A stretch of DNA of 64,000 nt from positions 18,352,001 through 18,416,000 of the forward strand of contig NC_135825.1 of assembly GCF_964213995.1 (NCBI RefSeq), given 5' to 3'. Positions 11,801 to 23,800 of the stretch are shown here, piece after piece. The notes under the pieces are model-generated. The model was given only the letters and a program-made list of their open reading frames with translations. It was not told the origin of the DNA and did not search any database. This DNA comes from Mustelus asterias (Eukaryota). How positions within the stretch are numbered: the first letter of the stretch is position 1; each line of letters opens with the position of its first letter. Position numbers and translations under genes: made by a program.

Positions 11801-14800
11801 AACATTTCTCATTTCACTTTTTAATGATTTATTCAGCTATCATTTCATCATAACTGTTCTTGGCAAAGGCTGACTAATCACTTTATTAAATGATTTGACT
11901 GGAATTTTGCAATTCCAGCCCACCTGGCTTTTCTGCAACGGAGGCAGCTCGCCATTGACCACTGGTGGGATCTTCCAGTCCCGCCGATATTGTTGACATT
12001 TTGCAGAAGATCCTTCTGACCTGAGGCATTGGAGGAGCCAAAGAAGGAATTCATTCATGAACATACTGAGATTGATTTGTGTATGTAAAATCAGCACCAG
12101 CTTCCTTACTCTTCCATCAATGTGGAAACCAATCATTGGTTGTCACACAAACCACGAAAGATTGATTGTAATCTTTGTACAAAATCCCCTGGAATTTACT
12201 GTAGGGAGGGAGGTTGAGGATGTGAAAGGTTTGTCCTCTATTTTACCTCCTTGTGCATTTTCCGACAATGGCCGGAGTAAGACAGTCAAACACCTTCCGA
12301 TGATGAGGGTATGGCATTGTCTCTGTTCATCAGAGTATGATGACATTCATTTCAGCTCCTGTTCCTTTGGTACCTAATTTGAGTGATGCCATGTGTTAAT
12401 GATGTTGGCAGAGGCAGCAGGATCTTCATATAAGGGACAGATGATCAGCTGGAGGTGTCCTTGATAAGGATGTCAGAATGCATTGGCATAAATTTAACAC
12501 TGGGCCATCCTGGATACTTTCATCACTTGAACTGCACAAGGTAGTAAGTAGATGTTTTAAAAATATATTCAAACATGTTGCTTAATCTGCCTGAGGATGT
12601 TAATACGATTGAGCTCATTTCTCACAGTAAAGCTTGAGTTTGTTAGTGTGATAACCCACATGAGTTCCATGGGGAATCACTAATTGACCTCCCTGTGGGG
12701 GTCATTGAATGCGAGTTCCCTTGGTAACAGGCGATGACCTGCCTTGCTGGATCTCATCACTTGAGACCTTTATAAGGCAGACAGCCGTGCCATCCCAGTT
12801 GGGGTGTAGAATTATAGATGGGGTGTAAAATTCAGTATTTGGTTGGTTAGTACTTTTGAATATAAACTCCTATGGAATAAAGAATCTGGCTCGGTATCAA
12901 TACCTCATAATAGGACAGGATTCCAGCCTGTTTGGTGTACTTCCCAGCTGGTCCACCGCCTACTGATGGTGATCCTACCCCAGTCCTGGATGAAGTCAGT
13001 TTGAAGGTGTGACCATATGTAGCAAATCCAACGTTCAGTTTCTCTGAAGGAGCTCCATGATCTCTCCAGAATTTCATCGTATAGTTCTATAGAAAAAACA
13101 TGAAATTATCTGTTAGAAACATTTGCCAAGAATCAGGTTGAAGATGGAAATAATTAGGATAATTGGATTCAATGTCCATGAATACTTACCACATTAAAGT
13201 AAAGGTTGGTGTAGCCTCTGTTATTTGGAAGAGGAAAAAGAGGACTATTTTCTCCAGTCTTGCTATTCCAGGGTCCAAAGAAATCGTATGTCATCACATT
13301 GAAGAAGTCCAAGATTCTGGATGAGAAGAGATCTGAGTTACACTGATACCTTGTTCACTAAAGTAAATGCTAATGATCTAACTCATTAAACTAATGAGCT
13401 GTGACATTTAAAATGGCAGAAAATAGGTAAGGATCTTGCATTTATAGTTGACCTTTTATGGCCTCAGAATATCCTGAAGCAGTCCGCAGATGATGAATTA
13501 CATTTAACATGCTGTTGGCTGTAGAATAAATATTAGCCTGAATACTGGGAGAACTCTTCCTCGAATAATGCCATGAGGCCTTTGACATTTAGTTCAGAGA
13601 TCAGATTGGACTTCAGGTTAACATCACATCCAAAAGATGGCAATGCTGCACTCCCTAAGCATGGCATTGGGGTGCCAACTGACAACTCAGTTGTGGCTTG
13701 AACCCACAATTAACTGTTTGACCCAGGGCCGAGAGTGCTACCACACAGCCTGCACTCAGACATTTGTGTTTCTATCGTGCATTCAAACATTTCAGGCTTT
13801 TGTAATAGAATCCAGCACCCTGTTTATGCGGAAAAATTGGAGTCTTGGGCACTGACAGCTGAACATGTGTCCCACACGATGTCAAGCAAGCTTTGAAACA
13901 ACCAGCACTCACCTGAACTGAAACTGTGAAAGGTGGTACATCATTCAAATTCTTTCTTCTATTATCACTCCTGCTTTTTATATTTCATTATCAATTGAAA
14001 GAAAGACACATTTGTACAACTTCCTGAACAGTAACCAAGCTGTGAATACAGCATAACTGGGATATTGTCAGCCAATGGCCAAACTATCAAACCCAAAACA
14101 CTGCAAGAAGCCAAGCTCAGATTCGAGGAGATAAATTCAATCCCCCTCTCTATCTTCAACTCCCCTGAACTCCGTCTCTCACTCTTTCACTCTTCCACCC
14201 TCTCCCTCTACCCTCTCTCCTCTCTCCCAACATTCACCCTCTTCTCTGTCACCTTGCTTTAAGAGCTGGCAGAGTTAGATAAGGTTATTTTTTCTATTTC
14301 ATTGCCAACTTACAGTTTTACAGGCATCACACGCCAAACTAATCATTATTGATGCCTAACTTTGACACTGAACACTGATAGGCAGTTAACAGTGTAGAGA
14401 TTGAAAGCAGAGCCCAATTCTATCTTCACATTATGACCAGGTATCTACACTGTTGATCAGCCGCGCTCGCCTCAAAACCGGAAAATCCCACCCAAAGTCA
14501 ATGGATCTTTCCATGGGCTGCCCCTCTCCAACTTTGATTCCTGTGGCGGGTGGCATGGGAAAATTTGCCCCAGTAATTCAGGATTACAGGACAGCACGGG
14601 AATACCAAGAGCCTCTAACATTGCCTCACCTGGATTCAGCCAACTCAAAACCAACTGGAGGTTGAAGGGGGGACTTTCCAGGTCTGGATGGTTCAGCTGC
14701 TTACTAATTAAACTTGCTGAACTAGCAGGAAGCACAACATAATTCTCTCCATAGACAGTCCTGTGCAACAAAACATGGTACTTACTGTCCAAGCTTAGGA

Positions 14801-17800
14801 ACTTGATATCGCATATGAACGTGACCCGGTGCAGCAGAAACTGCAGCTGAAATCAGCATCCTGGATTTTCCAGAACTTTTCGCCTCAGCTTTGAAAGCTG
14901 CCAACATTTCCTAGAAGTGAAAAATGAACAAAGTTTCTCTTAGCAACAGAACCTCACCAAATGGAGGGTTTCGAACACAAACTAAAGAATTGTCCAGCTT
15001 CATATGTACCCATGGCCAAGTGTCTCACAATAATAATCTATAAGTTCCAGGTTCCCCAGCGTCGCTTTTGGGTGGGCCCCCAATGCTGCATTGGGGAATC
15101 ACTCCAGGAAGTTCCCACATAAACGTTTACCCGGCAATTGCCCAGAAGCTTCCTCTGGATAATTGTGCTGGACTGGGAACCACATAACAGGAGTGATTTA
15201 AATTGCAAACCTCGGATGGTTCTGCTAGTTTTACCCTGACAGTTGCTTAGAAAGAATTAGAAAAAATAAAAATCACTTCTAACTCCAAAGTAACTATCTA
15301 AACCACCAAACATCCACCCCCCTCCCCGCCGCCCACATCCAGCTCCGACCCCTGTTCCCAGTCTGCTGACGAAAGGGGGCATGACCTACTTCCCTGCACC
15401 TTAGCTACTCTGCACTCATTGGGATGGCATGATGGCACAATGGTTAGCACTGCTGCCTCACAGCGCCAGGGACCCGGGTTCAATTCTGGCCTTTGGTCAC
15501 TGTCTGGGTGGAGTTTGCACATTTATTCCGTGTCAGCATGGGTTTCCTCCGGGTGCTCCGGTTTCCTCCCACACTCCAAAGATATGCAAATTAAGTTGAT
15601 TGGCCATGCTAAATTGACCCTCGTGTCAGGGGGTTAGCAGGGTAAATATTTGGGGTTATGGGGATGGGGTCTGGGTGGAATCATGGTCGGTGCAGACTTG
15701 ATGGGCCAAATGGCCTCCTTCTTCACTGTAGGGATTCTATGATTCTATGATTCCCCCAGTCTGAGTGTGGAAGATTGGGTGAGATAGAAGCTGTGCAATT
15801 ACAAGTGTAAGTCTGTTAAGAGTGGCAATCCGACAGGTATTGCCACTCTGTGGAAGTTATGGGACAAACTATCAAATCTAAAGATATAGTCAGAGGTACA
15901 CCCAGGTTTAAATCAAGCCTAGATCAATAACTGTTACTGCACAATAGCCAGAATGATGATTAATAAGGATGTACCTAAACTATTTTTCTGCGTAACTTCA
16001 TTTGTTTCACATTTAAATATTCAAAATTTATGTTTTACAAATCCTACAAATCTGCCTTTTAAAGCTGTCACTCTAAATTGGTTAGCTTGCTGATCAGCCA
16101 TGATCCCATTGAGTGGCCAAAAAGCTGGAAGAGCTCAGTGCCGATGTCTGTCCCGGTGTTCCGTGTCTTTGGTGAGGACTTTGAAAGGAAATTTACATTT
16201 GCAAACAGGATGAAAGATGTTTTAGTTCAGCTGGTAGATGAAACATCTTGTTAAGTCCATTTGGCCCTACCTTTACCAACACGGTGAAGTACAGTCTGCC
16301 TTCTGGCCCAGGAAACTCCCAGTCAATATCCAAACCATCAAATCCATAACCGCGCAGGAAGTCAATCACAGATTTGATGAAAATCTGGCGAGTTTGTAAT
16401 GTGGAAGCCATGGCGGTGAATCTAGAGGAGAGTAGAATGTTAAACAAGGTCACAAGGTTTCAGTAATTTAAAAGCTTTGAATCTTATATAGTTTCATAAT
16501 ATACAATGAAACCAATTATAATTTGCTCAAAGAAAATTAAGATACGATGTTGCATTGTTGCTACTCTTGATAAACAGTTGAATCAATCTTCATTGTGTGC
16601 ATTAATGAAAATTAAGCCTTTGTAAAAATTATGAAATCTTTCCTTATAGATATCATCTCGTAAATATTGTTTGAATTATATTTTACACACATTTGAACAT
16701 AGTCGCAGTAAGCTCATTATTAAAATTCTACATACTTATCAAGAAATGCACTATTATCATTCTCAAATCTATTTCTTTGACCCCAGCTTATTTTATATTA
16801 TGAAAATAGGAAAATAACCACTATTCATATTAAATATTAAAGGAAACTATTTTCATCTTACTTCTGACTTCCAAAATTCCAACCTCCAATGGACAGGAGT
16901 GTCTTAAGGTTTCCATTTCTGTTGTAAGAATGAAGAAATTGTTCTTTTAGGATGAGGAGAATAAGCAAATGCATTTATTAAACAACACCACTATTGAAAT
17001 TAATATTGTCCCAATCTTTTTACTGCTTTCTCTTTTGGTTCTAAATTTTCATTGGACAGAAATCCCTCAGTGCAGAACAAATATTTCACAATATGATGTA
17101 CCACACAAAGAGGATAAGGTTCTTGCAGGGATGACCCACAAACAATAAAACTATCTGTTTATTTCATTCTTCCATGAAATGTGAGCATCACAGACAAGGT
17201 CAGCATTTGTTCGTCACCCCTAATTACATTTGAGAAGCTAGCATAATGAGGTCTTGTGGTGCAGTGGGCAGTATCCCTGTCTTTGAGCCAGAAAATCCGA
17301 GTTCACTTCGCACTTCAGGATTTGAAGACCGAGATAGTTGCATTCATAATGCAGTCAAGCAGGTTTGACCTCTGTTCTGGATGTGGTGGACTGGGGCAAT
17401 GCCTCCTCTCCTACCCATGGTAGAGACTATGGTTGGGATTTTATGGCCTCGCTCGTCCCGAAACCATAAAATTCCACCCAATGTCAACAGACCTTCCCAT
17501 GGTCTGTCCCTCATCCGCTCCAATTCCTGTAGTGGGCGGGATGGTAAAATTCCAGCCTATAGCTCTGTCGTTTGGACCTGACTCCAGGCAGAGACCTGAT
17601 AGTAGCTTTCCTGAATTTTGCCATCTTTTTGATGCAGCAACTCCCTCAGCGCCATTAGGGAGAGAATTCCAGAATTTTTGACCGTGAAGGAATGGTGATA
17701 TAGTTCCAAAATCAGGATGTTGTGCGGCTTTGAGAGAAACTTGCAAATGATGATGTTCCCAGTGTCTGCTGCCCTTGACCTTCTAGCTGGTAGAGAACAC

Positions 17801-20800
17801 AGATTTGGAAGGTGCAGTCCAAAGTGCCTAGGTTCATTGTTTTGATTTATTATTGTCACATGTATTGGGATAGTGAAAAGGATTGTTTCTTGCGCACTAG
17901 ACAGACAAATATAGCATTCATAGAATACACAGAGGAGAAGGGAAGTACAGGGTGCAGAATATAGTGTTACAGTCATAGCTACGGTGTAGAGAAAAACCAG
18001 CTTAATATAAGGTAGGTCCATTCAAAAGTCTGATGGCAGCAGGGGAGAAGCTGTTCTTGAGTCGTTTGGTGCATGTTCTCAGACTTTTGTATCTTTTTCC
18101 CAATGAAAGAAGATAGAAGAGAGTCTGGGGCGCATGGGGTCCTTGATTATGCTTGCATGCTTTTCTGAGGCAGCTGGAAGCATGAGTTTTGTATAAGTAA
18201 AATGTAAATGCCATCTCACTCACTCTAAGTTTCTGAATACAGTGAAAATTCCAGCTCTATCCACAGCCCAGTGTTTCTGCACTTACACTTTGTATGCCAC
18301 ACATGACAGCCTGTGGACCAACGTACTCCAAGATACAAGAGCAATATTTAGTACATTTAGCAAGTACAATCTGGCTGACACTAATTAAAATAACTTCTCA
18401 GTTTGATCCATCATTTTTGCAGAATTTGGCAGAGTGCGTTAGTCGGCGGGAAAAGCACCGTTTAGTTCACTAGTGGCAGTGGTGTGATTTTGCATCGTAC
18501 TTTTAGTCACTCTGAAAATAATAATAATAATAAGGCCTCTGATCCGCCCCACCATCAACTGAGTACTTCAATCAGCAAGGTGCTCCATTTAAAAACTACC
18601 CCAGCACCAAGAAGGAACTCAACTGTTCCTGCGCAGTGGGTAACGTGAGTCCCAATAAACAAAATGGGGACCCAGAACATCATCATCCATGACTAATGTG
18701 AGTCATGCCTTATCTATCTGAAGGCCCCTGCCATGTATTAATGAAATCCCTACTCTTGCAGGCACATCAGAGGGCCAGCTTAGTCCACCTCAGAGACCAG
18801 CACAGATGACTTCTCAGAAGTGGAAATCGAGGAGCCATTGCAGTTCTTACCAACACCGTCTATCAGTGCAGAGACACATCCTCAGTGGGACAGTATTAGA
18901 AAGGCCTTGGGGGTCACAATCTGATGATCACTTCACTCTCACAGATCCACAGCAGACAGAAACAGGGACGTACATCCCAGGGTGCCGGCCTTCGGAAGAT
19001 TGCTGAAGGCCAGGGATCTGCTGTGTCCCAGTCAGACGAAGAGCCTCTACATTCAGGCATGCCTCAGTTGCTGGAGTTCCAAAGGCGAGGCAGGGAACAG
19101 GAGGCCTCCCATTCATTGACTCTGCCTACACTTACCATTGCCTTGGGAAAGCAGCCAGCATAATCAAGGACCTCATGCACCCCAGACATATTTCTTCTGT
19201 CAGAAAAATGATACAGAAGTCTGAGGTCACATACCAACCAATTCAAGAACAGTTTCTTCCCTGTTGCCATCAGACTTTTGAATGGACCTACCTTGCATTA
19301 AGTTGATCTTTCTCTACACCTTAGCGATGACTGTAACAATACATTCTGCACCCTCTCCTTTCCTTCTCTATGTACAGTATGCTTTGTCAGTACAGCACAC
19401 AAGAAACAATACTTTAACTGTATCCCAATACACGTGACAATAATTAATCAAATCAAATCAAACCAAATCAAAAGAAGGTATTGAACGACTAATGGAGGAG
19501 TCCTACCACCTTCTGCCTGAGGAGATCGTGCCGGCACTCCGAGGCAACCAGGTCAGTGAGGCTGGCAGCTGCAATAGAGACCTTGGTGCAAGATGTCTGT
19601 CCTGCACTGATGCAGAATATTCAGCCATCAGTGCAATGTCAGAGGATGGTGGTGCTTCTCAAACTCACTCCAGCTTTCTCTCTATCCCATGGAGAAAGCC
19701 CAGGACCCCGGGTCATCCATTGGGAAGAGGATCTGCTGGTGCACATCCCCCCACTCCCCCATCTGAACCCTCTTTCTGTGACCACTTCAATTCCAGCTCC
19801 CAGGCTGAGGAGGATGGCACTGTCACACAGCGACACCCTAAAGCAGGCCAAGGGATCCTCGGCCATCAAGAGAATGCCTGCCAAGGTCATCACAGACAAC
19901 AGGGTGGCGAGTTATTGAGCATAATTTGTTCAGCTGTCAGACTGAAGAAATGTTAATTGACTTGTAGATGAAAGATTTCAGCTGCAAAGGAATGTTCTTT
20001 GCTAACCTGCCTCTCCATTAGACCTGACCTTGTCAGTAATGAACTTGGAGACTCCCCTCCTGCCCCACAACTGAGTGGATCCTTCAGCCCATGATGACTG
20101 ACCACCCATCCAAAGCACTCGCCCAGGCATTTCTTTCCAGCGACAGGACCCTCCAAGAAGGCAGAGGCAGCAGCAAAAGAATGCAGCATCATGAATGACG
20201 TATTTAAACATAGAATCATAGGATCCCTACGGTGCACAAAGCAACCATTCGGCCCATCGAGCCTGCACCGACAACAATCCCACCCAGCCCCTATCTCGTA
20301 ACCCCATGTATTTACCCAGCTAATCTCCCTGACACTAAGAGGCAATTTAGCATGGCCAATCCACTTAACCTACACATCTTTGGACTGTGGGAGGAAACTG
20401 GAGCACCCGGAGGAAACCCACGCAGACACAGGGAGAACATGCAAATTCCACACAGACAGTGACCCAAGCTGGGAATTGAACCTGGGTCCCAGGCGCTGTG
20501 GGGCAGCAGTGCTAACCACTGTGCCACTGTGCTTTCTTCCCCTTCTGATGCTAAGTTTTCCCCCGTTTCTGGGCCCAACTGTTCCCATGTTATAAATGGC
20601 ACCCTCGAACAATCACACCACTTTGGGCAAATGCTTGAGCCTAGTGGATTGATTGCTTCAGTGAGGCCTGATAATGATTTGCAAATGTATGAAAATGAGG
20701 TTCCCAATTTAGCACAGCGGTAACCCTGTTATCCTACTGGTGATGGGGGGGTTGGTAGGCCAATCATGTCGGGACTTCCCGCTGATATAAAACGCAATTT

Positions 20801-23800
20801 GGGCCACTTGTGAAGTTTTCCGCTCCTGTCATTATTCACACTAGATGTGAACAAGAGCAGAAAATCCCTGCCAAAGTATTTTTTCTTGTTTATATGGTAC
20901 AACATGGTGCTATCATGAATACATCAGCCATTATCAGACCCATTGGGCATTGACTCATCTCTGCCAATGGGACACAAATCAACAATACCCAATTTCATCC
21001 ATTCATCAGCTATCTGACTGGGCCAGTCATGTTATATTTCCATATAATTTGGCATAATGACTCAATGTTGGACTGAATATGAAAAGGACCTCAAATTCTA
21101 CATTGCAACTAGATTCTCGATATTTATAGAAAAATTATACTTGTTTTTAAGGCTGTTGAATGAGTGGTAGAGAGTCGCATCGTTCGCTTCAGTGGTGGTG
21201 ATTTGATTGTCCTTCATCCCAGCGAAAGAATAGATCAGATGTGTGCACAAGCAGGGATCCACATTCTCTGGCATGTACTTCCCCTCTCCTGGTCTGTACT
21301 GGGACCAGTTTGTAAAGTAACAAACCAGTCTGTAGGCAGAGCCTGAGAGTGACGAGAAAGGAAAATCAGCACTGAGCCTCAACTCATTACACATCATTCA
21401 AAATAGCTCAAAAAGCACAAAGACTCACCCAGTTCCAGGCACGCCAACAAGACCACCGCTGTAATAAAGAATATAGGAGAAGTGTTAAAATGATGATCAA
21501 AATATGCTGAAATATTTAAGTGTTCACAACAAGCTGTTATATGAGCGAATAGGAACCACTAAGAATCAATCCTTGGTCAAACCCCTTTCCTCATCTATTT
21601 GCTACCCTTTGGTGCGATCATCGACAGACATGGGGTCAAGATCTGCACGTCCATTGATAACACTTGGCTCTATTGCATTAACATCTTCCCCAGCTCTGCC
21701 TCGGTGTTGTCAGATTATTTGCCCAACAATCAGTTTGAGACGAACCATATTTCTCCAGCTAATTATTATAAGACTGAATTTATCATCTACAGCCCTCATG
21801 CCCAAATTTACCACAAATTCCTTCTTGTTTAGTGTCTCAGTCTGAACCAGGTTGCTCAAAGAACAAAGACAAAGAACACTACAGCACAGGAACAGGCCCT
21901 TCGGCCCTCCAAGCCCGCGCCGCTCCCTGGTCCAAACTAGACCATTCTTTTGTATCCCTCCATTCCCACTCCGTTCATATGGCTGTCTAGATAAGTCTTA
22001 AACGTTCCCAGTGTGTCCGCCTCCACCACCTTGCCTGGCAGCGCATTCCAGGCCCCCACCACCCTCTGTGTAAAATATGTCCGTCTGATATCTGTGTTAA
22101 ACCTCCCCCCCTTCACCTTGAACCTATGACCCCTCGTGAACGTCACCACCGACCTGGGGAAAAGCTTCCCACCGTTCACCCTGTCTATGCCTTTCATAAT
22201 TTTATAGACCTCTATTAAGTCTCCCCTCATCCTCCGTCTTTCCAGGGAGAACAACCCCAGTTTACCCAATCTCTCCTCATAACTAAGCCCCTCCATACCA
22301 GGTAACATCCTGGTAAACCTCCTCTGTACTCTCTCCAAAGCCTCCACGTCCTTCTGGTAGTGTGGCGACCAGAACTGGACGCAGTATTCCAGATGCGGCC
22401 GAACCAACGTTCTATACATCTGCAACATTAGACCCCAACTTTTATACTCTATGCCCCGTCCTATAAAGGCAAGCATGCCATATGCCTTCTTCACCGCCTT
22501 CTCCACCTGTGACGTCACTTTCAAGGATCTGTGGACTTGCACACCCAGGTCCCTCTGCGTATCTACACCCTTTATGGTTCTGCCATTTATCATATAGCTC
22601 CTCCCTACATTATTTCTACCAAAATGCATCACTTCGCATTTATCAGGATTGAACTCCATCTGCCATTTCTTTGCCCAAATTTCCAGCCTATCTATATCCT
22701 TCTGTAGCTTCTGACAATGCTCCTCACTATCTGCAAGTCCTGCCAATTTTGTGTCGTCCGCAAACTTACTGATCACCCCAGTTACATCTTCTTCCAGATC
22801 ATTTATATAAATCACAAACAGCAGAGGTCCCAATACAGAGCCCTGCGGAACACCACTAGTCACAGGCCTCCAGCCGGAAAAAGACCCTTCCACTACCACC
22901 CTCTGTCTTCTGTGACCAAGCCAGTTCTCCACCCATCTAGCCACCTCCCCCTTTATCCCAGCTCATGTCCCATCTAGCCACCTCCCCATTTATCAGCAGC
23001 TCATGTCCTTTTCAGTGCCCATTAAGCTTCCAAGTCCAGATTGTCTCAATTACAAAGACAACCTATTTTCCAGCTCAGTAACACGGTTACCTATCTCAGC
23101 TCACCTTCAGTGAAAAGAATTATAAACAACTTTGCCATCTTCAAAATCAATGGGATTGAAACTGGACTGGTCCATCCTAGAAATGGACCACAGGTCTCGA
23201 CTAGATCTTTTGGGTAAGCTGTCTGCATCAGTCCTGCGTCTATAGTTTGCTTCCCATAAAGTAGAAATACAATTTGGACAATGAGGGAGGGAAGGCCATG
23301 TAGCTCCAAGTATGTGATGTTCCAGGCAGCACTCCTGCTCCACGTAACTCTACAGAAATTGAGTGATTTTCTACATTAAAGGCACTATACAAACTTGACA
23401 TATTCTTGCTTTAGTTTATATCCTCTGAATCATTACTTTACTTTAGATACATACTTTTCAACTCACAGAATCATGGAATCCCTACAGTGCAGAAAGAGGC
23501 CACTCAGCCCATTTACCCTGCACCAACAACAATCCCACCCAGGCCCTATCTCCGTACTTACCCTGCTAATCCCCCTGACACTAATGGTCAATTAAGCATA
23601 GCCAGTCAATCTAACCTGCATATCTTTGGTCCTTGGGAGGAAACCAGAGAACCCGGAGGAAACCCACACAGACACGGGGAGAATGTGCAAACTCCACACA
23701 GAGTACCCAAGCCCAGAATCGAACCCAGGTTTCTAGAGCTGTGAGGCAGCAGTGCTAACCATTGTGCCACCCTGCCGTTAAGTGTTTCACTTAGCTCTGG

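Larger units (their letters stand above)
18418..20872 (+). mobile_element. Degraded DNA transposon, probably PIF/Harbinger, with nested LINE and SINE
   Basis: Imperfect GCAG-ATTT type termini, absent from gene C intron 3, shares remnants with 870-1530 and 29280-29940. Confidence 0.4.

Noticed and set aside
16271-16421. Inactive chitinase-like lectin (CHI3L1 or OVGP1 type)
   Set aside because: DxDxE, Tyr212 and Asp213 equivalents and CBM14 are all intact
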